Source of the DNA: Dehalococcoidia bacterium
GTDB taxonomy: Bacteria > Chloroflexota > Dehalococcoidia > GIF9 > UBA5629
Reading direction: 5' to 3'
Length of the DNA: 64,000 nucleotides
NCBI GenBank assembly: GCA_050011565.1
Contig: JBEKIW010000005.1
Span: 64,001-128,000 of the forward strand
Of this stretch, positions 11,454 through 21,301 are shown piece after piece. Each line of letters begins with the position of its first letter. Within the stretch, counting starts at the first letter, position 1. Both the position numbers and the translations under genes were made by a program. The notes under the pieces were generated by a model, which saw nothing but the letters and a program-made list of their open reading frames with translations, ran no database searches and had not been told where the DNA came from.

Positions 11454-12260
11454 ATGCCCCTAAACATGATTGTTTGCTGCAAACAAATACTGGACCCTGA
11501 GGCACCGCCGGCAAGTTTCAAGATTGACCCCTCCACTAACAAGGTGATGCCACCACCCGGAGTACCCCCGGTCGTTAGTCCGTTCGATGAGCAAGCTGTA
11601 GAGGCAGCGCTCCGAATTAAAGACCAGCAAGGTGGCAAAATTACCGTCTTAAGCCTGGGCAACAACCTGCTCCGCGATGTGATCAAGAAGCCGCTTTCCA
11701 TGGGAGCCGATGAGCTCATCCTCCTTGAAGACGAAGCCTTTGAAGGCGGTGACAGTTGGTCCGTCGCTTTCGCCCTGGCCACGGCTATCAAAAAGATTGG
11801 CGAATTTGACATCATCTTCTGCGGACGTCAGGCAGCCGACTGGGATGCCGGACAGGTCGGCTCGGGTATCGCGGAGATACTCGGAATCCCCAGCGTTACC
11901 GTGGCAAAGAAAGTAGAAGCTACTGACGGTAAAGCCAAAGTGGAACGAGTTATCCCCGACGGTTATCAGGTAATTGAGGTAACCCTACCCGCCTTGATTA
12001 CAGTCAGCAATGAGCTTGGTGAAGCTCGCTATGCTACCCTCAAGGGGATTATGGCGGCATCAAAAAAGCAGCCTGTAATTTGGAAGCCGGCAGATATCGG
12101 GCTAGATGCCTCTAAAATAGGTGCTGCCGGCAGAAAAACCAAGCTTGTCAAACTATTCCAGCCAGTTAAGGAAGGTAAATGCGAAATCGTTGAGGCCGAT
12201 ACCCCTGCGGACGCTGGTTCCAAGCTGGCCATGAGACTCAGAGAAGCAAAAATAATATAA
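11454..12260 (+). CDS. etfB: Electron transfer flavoprotein beta subunit
   Basis: IVCCKQILD, PFDEQAVEAAL, MGAD and CGRQAADWDAGQVG motifs. Confidence 0.95.
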   Translation: MPLNMIVCCKQILDPEAPPASFKIDPSTNKVMPPPGVPPVVSPFDEQAVEAALRIKDQQGGKITVLSLGNNLLRDVIKKPLSMGADELILLEDEAFEGGDSWSVAFALATAIKKIGEFDIIFCGRQAADWDAGQVGSGIAEILGIPSVTVAKKVEATDGKAKVERVIPDGYQVIEVTLPALITVSNELGEARYATLKGIMAASKKQPVIWKPADIGLDASKIGAAGRKTKLVKLFQPVKEGKCEIVEADTPADAGSKLAMRLREAKII

Positions 12261-12293
12261 AACTGACAAGTAATCATAGGAGGTTATTATAGT

Positions 12294-13292
12294 ATGGCTG
12301 AATATAAAGGCGTTATGGTCTACGGCGAAATAACGGATGGCAAGCTGAGCTCGATTACAACTGAGCTTCTGGGAGGTGGTCGCCATCTTGCTGATGAATT
12401 GAAAGAAGATTTGTTATGCATACTGGTAGGCGACAAATTAGGTGAAGCACCCAAAAAGGCTATCAGCTATGGGGCTGATAAAGTCTACACCGTTGAAGAC
12501 CCGCTGCTTAAAGATTATCAAACCGATGCCTATGTCGCAGTAATAGAAAAAGCGGTGAAGGATACCTCACCGAGAATACTGCTCTTTGGACAAACTGCCG
12601 TGGGGCGCGATTTATCTCCCCGGTTGGCCTTTAGACTGGGCACCGCCTTGTCCATGGACTGTATTGAACTCAGCATCGACCCCTCTACCAAGCTGCTACA
12701 GCAGACCCGGCCCGTTTACGGCGGCAATGCCAGGGCTACTTTCGCCTCGGAGCTTCTCCCTCAGATGGTAACAGTCAGGCAAAAAGCAATGTCTCCACTG
12801 GAACCCAACGAAGCCAGAAAAGGAGAAATTGCAGCCATCAAGGCTGAGTTGGACCCGGCAAAGATAAGGACAAAGGTGCTGGACACCGTTAAGGAAGAGG
12901 TCGCCGGGGTAAAACTCGAAGACGCTCAAATAATAGTAGCTGGCGGCAGAGGCATTGGCGGACCGGACGGCTTTAAACAACTGGAGGAGCTGGCCAAAGC
13001 ATTAAAAGCTGCAGTGGGAGCTTCCAGACCGCCTTCAGACAACAAGTGGGTGCCGGAATCATGGCAAATCGGCCTCACCGGCAAAATTGTGACACCCGAG
13101 GTCTATATAGCAGTAGCTATTTCCGGGGCCAGTCAGCACTTAGCTGGATGTTCCGGCTCCAAAAACATAATAGCCATCAATAAGGACCCGGAAGCCAATA
13201 TATTCAAAGAAGCTCGCTTTGGTGTCGTAGGCGATTGGAAACAGGTCCTGCCGACGTTTACTCAAAAGGTCAAGGAGCTTTTAGCCGGCTAA
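12294..13292 (+). CDS. etfA: Electron transfer flavoprotein alpha subunit
   Basis: AGGRG, GASR, QIGLTGK, ISGASQHLAG and AINKDPEANIF motifs. Confidence 0.96.
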   Translation: MAEYKGVMVYGEITDGKLSSITTELLGGGRHLADELKEDLLCILVGDKLGEAPKKAISYGADKVYTVEDPLLKDYQTDAYVAVIEKAVKDTSPRILLFGQTAVGRDLSPRLAFRLGTALSMDCIELSIDPSTKLLQQTRPVYGGNARATFASELLPQMVTVRQKAMSPLEPNEARKGEIAAIKAELDPAKIRTKVLDTVKEEVAGVKLEDAQIIVAGGRGIGGPDGFKQLEELAKALKAAVGASRPPSDNKWVPESWQIGLTGKIVTPEVYIAVAISGASQHLAGCSGSKNIIAINKDPEANIFKEARFGVVGDWKQVLPTFTQKVKELLAG

Positions 13293-15365
13293 CTACACGG
13301 CGGCTTTTTGACTGGTTTTCTGGGCTATAATCTTCTGGGCGATTTGAGCCGGCACTTCTTCATAGTGGTTGAACTCAGTGGTGAAAGTGCCGCGGCCCTG
13401 CGTCATTGACCTGAGGTCCACGGCATAACGCTGTACTTCTGCCAGTGGTGCCTGTGCTTGAATAACGTTTACCCCGTCTCCAGGATTCATGCCTAACACA
13501 CGGCCTCGCTTGGTGTTAAGGTCGCCGATTATGTCTCCCGTAAGAGTATCAGGCACGGTGATGGTCATGTTAACAATCGGTTCCAGCAAAACAGGCTGCG
13601 CTTCAGACAGTCCTTTCTTCAAAGCCTGGGCTGCGGCAATTTTAAAAGCCATTTCTGAAGAATCTACGGGGTGAGCGCTTCCGTCGACAAGCTTTACCCT
13701 TACGTCAACCACAGGGTATCCGGCTAAAATACCCTCCATCCTGGCTTCATTCACTCCCTTTTCCACAGCCGGAATATAGTTCCTCGGCACTGCTCCGCCA
13801 ACCACTCTTTCGGTAAACTCAAAACCGGTACCTCTGGGCAATGGCTCCAGCTCCAAAACGACGTGCCCGTACTGACCGTGTCCGCCGGTTTGCTTCTTGT
13901 GTTTATATTCCGCTTCGGTTTGCGCATTAACAGTCTCTTTATAAGGTACCTTCGGCCGTTGCAGATTAACATCCACACCGAACTTGCTTGACAATTTCTC
14001 TGCCGCAACATCAAGATGTGTTTCCCCCATTCCCCACAAGAGTATCTCACCGATATCAGCCTCTCGCTGCACTTTCAGAGTGAAATCTTCTTCACATATT
14101 CTAGGCAGCACCGTGCTCATTTTGTCCAAATCACCTCTGGCTTTAGGGTGGACCGCCATACTCAACAGCGGCGCAGGAAAAACCATAGGAGCAAATTTTA
14201 GCTGGTGTTCACGCGCACCAAGCGTATCTCCTGTAGTTGTCGAGGCTAACTTAGTCACCGCGCCGATATCCCCGGCACTTAGTTGCGGTGTCGGCTCCTG
14301 TGTTTTACCCCGCAAGATAAAGAGCTGCCCTATACGCTCGGTACCGCCCTTGTTAACATTCCATACCTGTGAATTGCTGGAGATGGTTCCTGAATAAACT
14401 CGAAAATAGCTGAACTTGCCCACACGTGGGTCATTGGTTGTCTTGAAAACAAAGGCCGATAAAGGTGCTCCTGAAACCGGCTCAACAACCTCTTCGGCTC
14501 CCGTCGACGCATTTGTGGCTTTTAATTCGCCCCGCTCCCTGGGTGACGGCAAATAATCATGGATCGCATCCATCAAAGGCGTAACTGCAGTATTTTTCAG
14601 GGCAGAGCCAAGCAGTACCGGAACAACTTTGCCCAATCTGGTGGCCTCTTTTATGCAGCGGTGAATCTGTTCTTCGCTTATTTCCTCCCCATCCAGATAT
14701 TTGGTAATAAGTTCATCATCCACCTCCACCACCGCTTCAACCAGTTTTTCACGGTAGGAATCAACGTCTCCTTTTAAATTCGATGGGATTTCAGCTTCTT
14801 TCAATGGGTTGCCGGTATAGGCCTTCCTGGTCACCAGGTCCACCACCCCTTGAAAATCTTTCTGTGAACCTATAGGTACCTGAATAGGCAGGCATCTGTC
14901 TCCCAGTTTGGTCTGAATATCTTTTAAGGTATTAAAGAAGTTAGCATTGTCCCTGTCCATCTTATTCACGAAAATAAGGCGCGGTAATTTGGCTTCGCCG
15001 GTATATCTCCACACCTGCTCGGTACCAACTTCCACCATAGAAACAGCGCAAACCACAATGACGGCGGCTTCACTGACCGCCAACCCGGCTTTAACTTCAG
15101 CCACGAAATCAGAATAGCCCGGTGTATCAAGTAGATTAAGTTTACAATCCTTCCACTGGCATGGCAGCAAAGACAGGTTAACGCTTATCTGGCGCTTTAT
15201 TTCAGAAGGGTCATAGTCGGAAGTGGTTGTCCCGTCGGTGACACTGCCCAGACGGTTGATGGCCCCAGAATCGAAAAGCATCGCCTCAGCCAGTGATGTT
15301 TTTCCGGCGCCGGAATGTGACACTAAAACAACGTTGCGGATTTTTTCCGGTTCGAAATGATGCAC
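13293..15365 (-). CDS. fusA: Elongation factor G paralog (EF-G-like/EF-G2)
   Basis: 690 aa; HSGAGKT, DTPG, NKMD, HKKQTGGHGQY and LRSMTQGRG; divergent G1/G2 motifs and location outside the str operon. Confidence 0.88.
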   Translation of the reverse strand: MHHFEPEKIRNVVLVSHSGAGKTSLAEAMLFDSGAINRLGSVTDGTTTSDYDPSEIKRQISVNLSLLPCQWKDCKLNLLDTPGYSDFVAEVKAGLAVSEAAVIVVCAVSMVEVGTEQVWRYTGEAKLPRLIFVNKMDRDNANFFNTLKDIQTKLGDRCLPIQVPIGSQKDFQGVVDLVTRKAYTGNPLKEAEIPSNLKGDVDSYREKLVEAVVEVDDELITKYLDGEEISEEQIHRCIKEATRLGKVVPVLLGSALKNTAVTPLMDAIHDYLPSPRERGELKATNASTGAEEVVEPVSGAPLSAFVFKTTNDPRVGKFSYFRVYSGTISSNSQVWNVNKGGTERIGQLFILRGKTQEPTPQLSAGDIGAVTKLASTTTGDTLGAREHQLKFAPMVFPAPLLSMAVHPKARGDLDKMSTVLPRICEEDFTLKVQREADIGEILLWGMGETHLDVAAEKLSSKFGVDVNLQRPKVPYKETVNAQTEAEYKHKKQTGGHGQYGHVVLELEPLPRGTGFEFTERVVGGAVPRNYIPAVEKGVNEARMEGILAGYPVVDVRVKLVDGSAHPVDSSEMAFKIAAAQALKKGLSEAQPVLLEPIVNMTITVPDTLTGDIIGDLNTKRGRVLGMNPGDGVNVIQAQAPLAEVQRYAVDLRSMTQGRGTFTTEFNHYEEVPAQIAQKIIAQKTSQKAAV

Positions 15366-15574
15366 TTAACGCACCTCGTTCCTAGTTGTGATTTGCCCTT
15401 AAAGGGCATTGGCATTGTAGCAATGTCTGCCTCTAACCGTCAAGGCAATTCCACCCGTATATCATAGCAGCCACCGCTACATGTTAAGAGCGTACGTCGT
15501 AATAGACCCGAAGGTCTGTGGCTACAACTTTGTGTTATAATGTCCACTATCCTTACGATGGGGAAGAAAGTGAC

Positions 15575-15862
15575 ATGAAGCTAAGCCGCAAAGAAGTTCA
15601 ACACATAGCCCTTCTAGCCAGATTGGGGCTGAGCGAAGACGAAATCGAGAAATTTAGAATTCAGCTGTCCGACATTCTGGAAAACTTCGAGATACTAAAG
15701 CAGGTCGATACAGCCGACCTGCCACCCACATCCCAGTCCATTACCCTTGAGAACGTTCTGAGGCCCGACGAGGCAAAGGCATCTTACCCAGTAGAAGACA
15801 TTCTCAAGAACGCGCCTCAGCGAGAGGGCAACTCCTTTAAAGTCCGTGCAGTCCTGGAATAA
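15575..15862 (+). CDS. gatC: Asp/Glu-tRNA amidotransferase subunit C
   Basis: MKLSRKEVQHIALLARL...NAP...FKVRAVLE; start reassigned to ATG 15575. Confidence 0.93.
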   Translation: MKLSRKEVQHIALLARLGLSEDEIEKFRIQLSDILENFEILKQVDTADLPPTSQSITLENVLRPDEAKASYPVEDILKNAPQREGNSFKVRAVLE

Positions 15863-15865
15863 ACC

Positions 15866-17326
15866 ATGAATGACCTCCATCAGCTAACTATCAGCCAGGC
15901 CCATCAGCTGCTGAAAGAAAAGAAGATATCGGCAGTCGAATTGACTAAAGCCAGCCTGGCACATCTGGCTAAAGTGGAAGACAAGGTAAAGGCTTGTGTC
16001 ACCATCAGTGAAGATGTAGCTTTAGAGCAGGCAAAAGAGGCAGACAAAACCATAAGCAGCGGTAAAATCAAGCCGTTAACCGGCATTCCCGCTTTGATTA
16101 AAGACGTTATATGCACCAGGAGCATCAAGACCACCTGCTCCTCAAAAATTTTGGAAAATTTCATCCCGCCTTACGATGCTACGGTTATAGAGAAACTGAA
16201 GTCCAGTAACGCGGTAATCTTAGGTAAGACCAACATGGACGAGTTCGCCATGGGGTCATCAACGGAGAATTCGGCTTTCTTTCCGACGCGAAATCCCTGG
16301 GACCTGGACCGGGTCCCCGGCGGCAGCAGCGGTGGTTCAGCCGTTGCCGTCTCCACCGATGAAGCCATATACGCCCTCGGCTCCGATACCGGCGGCAGTA
16401 TCCGGCAACCCGCCGGGTTCTGCAGTGTGGTCGGCTTGAAGCCAACTTATGGCAGGGTGAGCCGGTACGGCTTGGTCGCCTTCGCCAGTTCACTGGACCA
16501 AATTGGTCCTATAACTAAAAATGTGGCTGACTGCGCTCTGGTGCTTAGCGCCATCGCCGGGCATGACCCGCAAGATTCCACGTCGGCCCCTAACCCGGTT
16601 CCCGATTACACCAAATCGTTAAATCAGGACATTAAAAACCTGCGAATAGGCATCCCCAGAGAGTACTTCGTCGAGGGCATGCAGAAGGAAGTAAGGACCA
16701 GCATAGAAGCCGCCATAAAAACGTTACAGGAAATGGGAGCCAAGGTGGACCGGGAGGCTTCATTGCCCCTCACCAAGTATGCACTTGCCGTTTATTACAT
16801 CATTGCCCCTTCTGAAGCTTCGGCCAACCTGGCTCGGTATGACGGCGTAAAGTACGGCTTCTCTTATCGAGATACTACTAACATGTGGAAAGCCATGGAG
16901 AAGACAAAACAATTCGGCTTCGGGGCTGAGGTCAAAAGGCGTATTATGCTGGGAACGTATGCCCTATCAGCCGGCTACTATGATGCCTACTACCTTAAAG
17001 CACAGAAAGTGCGCACCCTGATAATAATAGAATTTAAAGATGCTTTCGAGAAATATGACGCACTGGTTACCCCGACTTCACCTACCGTGCCGTTCAAGCT
17101 GGGTGAAAAGGTGGACGACCCCATACAAATGTATCTAAGCGATGTTTGCACCTTGCCTATAAACATCGCTGGCCTTCCCGCTATATCTATACCGGCTGGC
17201 TTCGCCGATGGTTTACCTATCGGTATGCAGATTATCGGCAAGCCTTTCGACGAGGAAACCATACTTCATATCGCCTTCGCTTACGAGCAAGCCACCGACT
17301 GGCACAAGAGAAAACCGCCAATTTAG
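15866..17326 (+). CDS. gatA: Asp/Glu-tRNA amidotransferase subunit A
   Basis: [33 protein letters not shown] and EVKRRIMLG. Confidence 0.98.
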   Translation: MNDLHQLTISQAHQLLKEKKISAVELTKASLAHLAKVEDKVKACVTISEDVALEQAKEADKTISSGKIKPLTGIPALIKDVICTRSIKTTCSSKILENFIPPYDATVIEKLKSSNAVILGKTNMDEFAMGSSTENSAFFPTRNPWDLDRVPGGSSGGSAVAVSTDEAIYALGSDTGGSIRQPAGFCSVVGLKPTYGRVSRYGLVAFASSLDQIGPITKNVADCALVLSAIAGHDPQDSTSAPNPVPDYTKSLNQDIKNLRIGIPREYFVEGMQKEVRTSIEAAIKTLQEMGAKVDREASLPLTKYALAVYYIIAPSEASANLARYDGVKYGFSYRDTTNMWKAMEKTKQFGFGAEVKRRIMLGTYALSAGYYDAYYLKAQKVRTLIIIEFKDAFEKYDALVTPTSPTVPFKLGEKVDDPIQMYLSDVCTLPINIAGLPAISIPAGFADGLPIGMQIIGKPFDEETILHIAFAYEQATDWHKRKPPI

Positions 17327-17335
17327 GACATCAAA

Positions 17336-17572
17336 ATGCCGGAGTTGCACCCGCTCCAGGTTAAATGCTATTCCGGCCATAGCTATGCTCAGCGACCGGT
17401 ATCTTTTTTCTGGCAGGACAAACAACACCAGATATCCAGGATAGAAACGGAGTGGCTGGAGCCGGGTAAGAAATTCTTCAGGGTCGTCAATGAAGATGAG
17501 AAGCTTTTCGAACTCTGCTATAATGAGGCACAAGATAAATGGTGGCTAATTTGTCAGGAGTCGAGGAGGTAA
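17336..17572 (+). CDS. Small hypothetical protein
   Basis: Fills the gap between gatA and lrp tightly; Trp/aromatic-rich beta pattern (RPVSFFW...W...FRV...FELCY...W). Confidence 0.7.
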   Translation: MPELHPLQVKCYSGHSYAQRPVSFFWQDKQHQISRIETEWLEPGKKFFRVVNEDEKLFELCYNEAQDKWWLICQESRR

Positions 17573-17573
17573 T

Positions 17574-18053
17574 ATGAAACAGATTTTTGAAGCTCTGGAA
17601 AAAGATGCCCGGATGACACCCGAACAAATTTCAACTATGACCGGAACGCCGGTTGCCGATGTAAAAAAGGCGATTAAAAAGGCTGAACAAGACCGGGCCA
17701 TTTTGAGATATAAAGCCATCATCGATTGGACTAAATTGGGCGAGGAGGAGGTCCTGGCACTTGTGGAGGTCAAGGTCGTCCCGCAGCGTAATGTCGGCTT
17801 CGATGCCATAGCCGAACGCGTCTATCGTTTCCCTCAAGCCCGTTCCGTATACCTGGCCTCGGGCACCTATGATTTAGCAGTACTAGTAGCCGGTAAGACT
17901 ATGCAGGAAGTCGCTGTCTTTGTCTCAGAAAAATTGGCACCTCTGGAGGCGGTACGGGGGACCGTTACCCATTTCATACTTAAGAAATACAAGGAAGATG
18001 GCGAAGTATTTGAGGGTGGGGAAGAGGTCAAGCGCCTGCCCGTAGCCCCTTAA
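17574..18053 (+). CDS. Lrp/AsnC family transcriptional regulator
   Basis: N-terminal HTH (LEKDAR), SGTYDL, THFILKKYK; YugG/AlaR-like, paired with an aminotransferase. Confidence 0.9.
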   Translation: MKQIFEALEKDARMTPEQISTMTGTPVADVKKAIKKAEQDRAILRYKAIIDWTKLGEEEVLALVEVKVVPQRNVGFDAIAERVYRFPQARSVYLASGTYDLAVLVAGKTMQEVAVFVSEKLAPLEAVRGTVTHFILKKYKEDGEVFEGGEEVKRLPVAP

Positions 18054-18091
18054 CCGCAAATCGATTACCTGCTTGCAGGCAGGAGGTTTCT

Positions 18092-19291
18092 GTGTCCAAA
18101 AACCAATCCAGCCATATTAAATTATCTCAAGGTCGCATATCCGAAAAGGTGAACGCACTGCCACCTTCGGGTATCAGGAAATTCTTTGACTTACTCTCCT
18201 CCATCGAGGGGGTAATTTCCCTGGGAGTCGGGGAGCCTGATTTTGTCACGCCCTGGTACATACGTGAAGCAGCCATATACTCGCTGGAAAAAGGCTACAC
18301 CATGTATACCTCCAATAAAGGCACGCCGGAATTAAGAGCCGAATTAGCCAAACACCTCGAAGCCCGCTACGGTTTGACCTATGACCCCGAGGACGAAATA
18401 CTGATTACTGTCGGCGTCAGCGAAGGCCTAGACCTGGCTGCCAGAGCTATCCTCAACCCCGGTGACGAAGTCATCATGCCTGACCCTTGCTACGTCGCTT
18501 ATCCCGCCGCCATCAGTTTGGCCGGCGGAATACCTGTCCAGGTGGCAACCACTGTAGAAAACGATTTCGAGATAACCGCCGAGGACATCGAGTCGCGTAT
18601 CACCCAGAGGACAAAAGCCATTTTAATCGGCTACCCCTGCAATCCCACAGGCGCGGTTCTACCCAAGGAAGAGCTTATAAAAATTGCTGAACTGGCTAAG
18701 CGATATAATCTTCTGGTGATTTCAGACGAAGTCTACTGCCGGCTCGTCTACGGTGTCGAGCATACCTGCCTGGCTACTTTACCGGGTATGAGAGAACGTA
18801 CCATTCTATTGAACGGATTTTCCAAAGCCTATGCTATGACGGGATGGAGAATCGGCTACGCTACATGCGACAGGGAAATTGTGGGAGCCATGACCAAAAT
18901 TCACCAGTACACGATACTGTGTGCTTCCATAATGGGACAGATGGCCGCTCTTGAAGCTCTGAAAGTCGATGACCGCGAAGTAGACGCCATGGTGAGAGAT
19001 TACGACCGACGGCGCCGGGTTATCGTCAAGGGATTCAGAGACATCGGCTTGTCCTGCTTCGAGCCGAAGGGCGCTTTTTATGCTTTCCCTTCTATAAAAG
19101 TCACCGGCATGACCTCGGAGGAATTTGCTGAAAAGCTGTTAATGGAAGAAAAAGTAGCAGTAGTACCCGGCTCCGCTTTCGGTCAGTGCGGTGAAGGCTA
19201 TATACGATGCTGCTATGCCACCTCCCTCCCCGATATTGAAGAAGCCCTCAAGAGAATGGGCAGATTCATAAATAGACATCGTAAAATATAA
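18092..19291 (+). CDS. Class I/II PLP aminotransferase (YugH/AlaT-like)
   Basis: SLGVGEPDF, PCNPTG, SDEVY and FSKAYAMTGWRIGY. Confidence 0.93.
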   Translation: MSKNQSSHIKLSQGRISEKVNALPPSGIRKFFDLLSSIEGVISLGVGEPDFVTPWYIREAAIYSLEKGYTMYTSNKGTPELRAELAKHLEARYGLTYDPEDEILITVGVSEGLDLAARAILNPGDEVIMPDPCYVAYPAAISLAGGIPVQVATTVENDFEITAEDIESRITQRTKAILIGYPCNPTGAVLPKEELIKIAELAKRYNLLVISDEVYCRLVYGVEHTCLATLPGMRERTILLNGFSKAYAMTGWRIGYATCDREIVGAMTKIHQYTILCASIMGQMAALEALKVDDREVDAMVRDYDRRRRVIVKGFRDIGLSCFEPKGAFYAFPSIKVTGMTSEEFAEKLLMEEKVAVVPGSAFGQCGEGYIRCCYATSLPDIEEALKRMGRFINRHRKI

Positions 19292-19339
19292 TTATTGAAA
19301 GCCAGGCAAACTAAGAATACCCCTAGCAGGATTAAAGCC

Positions 19340-20503
19340 ATGGATTTTCAATTAACCGAGGAACAGAATTTAACGCGTCAGGCTGTTCGAGATTTTGCCG
19401 AAAAAGAAATAGCCCCCATCGCCAGAGAGCTGGATGAAAAAGAACACTTCTCCATTGAGCTGACGCAGAAAATGGCCGACCTGGGCCTGCTGGGTTGCTT
19501 TGTCCCCGAAAAATACGGCGGCTCGAACATGGGCTATATCTCATATATCATCGTGGTCGAGGAACTGGCCAGGGTGGATGGTTCACAGGCGGCTACCATC
19601 GCTGCCGGAAACTCCTTAGGCATCGGACCAATCTACTACTTCGGCAACGAAAAGCAGAAGCAGGAATGGCTGCCCAGGCTGTGTTCAGGAAAAAATCTGG
19701 CAGCTTTTGGTCTCACCGAGCCTGAGGCCGGCTCTGACGCCGGCAGCTCTCGGACTGCGGCCGTGTTTAAAGGAGACCATTGGGTTATCAATGGCAGGAA
19801 AATATTTATCACCAACGCAGCCTGCCCCTTGACCGGCGTCATCGTCGTCCAGGCCGTGACCGGCAAGCCAGAGGCTGGACATGCAGAGCTCAGCTGCTTC
19901 ATTGTCCCCAGAGATGCACCCGGCTTTACTGCCAAGGAAATGAAAGGCAAAATGATGTGGCGTTCGTCTAATACCGGAGAGCTTTTCTTTGACGACTGCA
20001 TTGTTCCCAAGGAAAATCTTCTGGGGAAGATAGGCGATGGTTTCCATCAGATGCTGGCTACTTTAGATGGTGGGCGCCTGAGCATCGCTGCCATGGGACT
20101 CGGTGGCTCTCAAGGAGCCTTCGAGATAGCTCTGGAGTATGCCAATTCGCGTATACAGTTCGGTAGACCTATCAGCTCATTCCAGGTCAACGCCTTTAAG
20201 CTAGCGGATATGGCACTCGAGCTCGAACTTGCCCGGAATTTTCTGTACAAGGTTTGCTGGATACGAGAAAACAATCTTCCCATCACCAAAGAGGCGGCAA
20301 TGGCCAAGCTCTATTGCTCAGAGGTTATGCATCGTTGCGTTCACCAGGGTTTGCAGTTGCACGGCGGCTACGGGCTGATGAAGGATTTCAGGATAGAAAG
20401 GTTTTATCGAGACCAGAGGCTTCTCGAAATCGGTGAGGGAACGTCGGAGATTCTACGAATTGTGATTGCTCGACATATCGGTGCGGCTGGGAGGGCAATC
20501 TAG
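19340..20503 (+). CDS. Acyl-CoA dehydrogenase
   Basis: FGLTEPEAGSD, NGRKIFITN, LDGGR, QLHGGYG and EIGEGTSEI. Confidence 0.95.
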   Translation: MDFQLTEEQNLTRQAVRDFAEKEIAPIARELDEKEHFSIELTQKMADLGLLGCFVPEKYGGSNMGYISYIIVVEELARVDGSQAATIAAGNSLGIGPIYYFGNEKQKQEWLPRLCSGKNLAAFGLTEPEAGSDAGSSRTAAVFKGDHWVINGRKIFITNAACPLTGVIVVQAVTGKPEAGHAELSCFIVPRDAPGFTAKEMKGKMMWRSSNTGELFFDDCIVPKENLLGKIGDGFHQMLATLDGGRLSIAAMGLGGSQGAFEIALEYANSRIQFGRPISSFQVNAFKLADMALELELARNFLYKVCWIRENNLPITKEAAMAKLYCSEVMHRCVHQGLQLHGGYGLMKDFRIERFYRDQRLLEIGEGTSEILRIVIARHIGAAGRAI

Positions 20504-20512
20504 GAGGCACAT

Positions 20513-21199
20513 ATGACAACAAGTAAGGACTCTGGACCTGCCAACAAAATGAGCTCAGCCGGGAAGAAGCCTGCCAGACATGAAGATTTTATTACCGATG
20601 CTTCCCGTATAGCACCTGCTAAAGCATTAAAGAAAGAGAAAGAAGCTCTAGGCGAACGAATACGAACAGCCCGTGAGATGCGCGGCCTCAGCCTCGACGA
20701 TATCAGCAGCCGGACCGGCATCGATGCGGCTACACTGAATCGTATTGAGTCAAATGAAATATTACCTCCGCTGGGCCAATTGATCAGGCTGGGTAAAGCC
20801 CTGGATATGAAAATGGGCTATTTCATATCTCCCGGCGTAGACAAACCTGTGACTGTGGTACGTAAAGGTCAAGGCCAGGCTGTAGCCCGGTATGGAAAAA
20901 AGAAGAGCCAGCAATACGGATATATTTATGAATCTTTAGCCCCTGAAAAAGCTAACCGAATGATGGAGCCATTTATTGTGACTCTGCTGCCAACTGATGC
21001 GGAGGAGTTCTCCACCCACGACGGTCAGGAGTTTATCTATGTTCTGGAAGGTGAAATGAAAGTCCAGGTTGGAGACTGCACTGAGCTTCTGCATCCAGGA
21101 GACGCTGTCTATTACGATTCCACTCAACCTCATCTGGTCAAGTCCGCCACCAGGGCCAAGACCACGATACTCGCCGTCTTATACACTGGGACTAAATAG
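20513..21199 (+). CDS. XRE-family HTH plus cupin transcriptional regulator
   Basis: LGERIRTARE HTH; MEPF, HDGQEFIYVLEG and GDAVYYDS..PH cupin motifs. Confidence 0.9.
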   Translation: MTTSKDSGPANKMSSAGKKPARHEDFITDASRIAPAKALKKEKEALGERIRTAREMRGLSLDDISSRTGIDAATLNRIESNEILPPLGQLIRLGKALDMKMGYFISPGVDKPVTVVRKGQGQAVARYGKKKSQQYGYIYESLAPEKANRMMEPFIVTLLPTDAEEFSTHDGQEFIYVLEGEMKVQVGDCTELLHPGDAVYYDSTQPHLVKSATRAKTTILAVLYTGTK

Positions 21200-21301
21200 C
21201 CAAGTCCAAAGGCACGATAGCGCTCGGGAAAAAATACAACTGGACAAAGGAAAACAAGATAAATTGGAGATTAGTAATGTCGGCAATGGCCAGTAAAGCA
21301 C

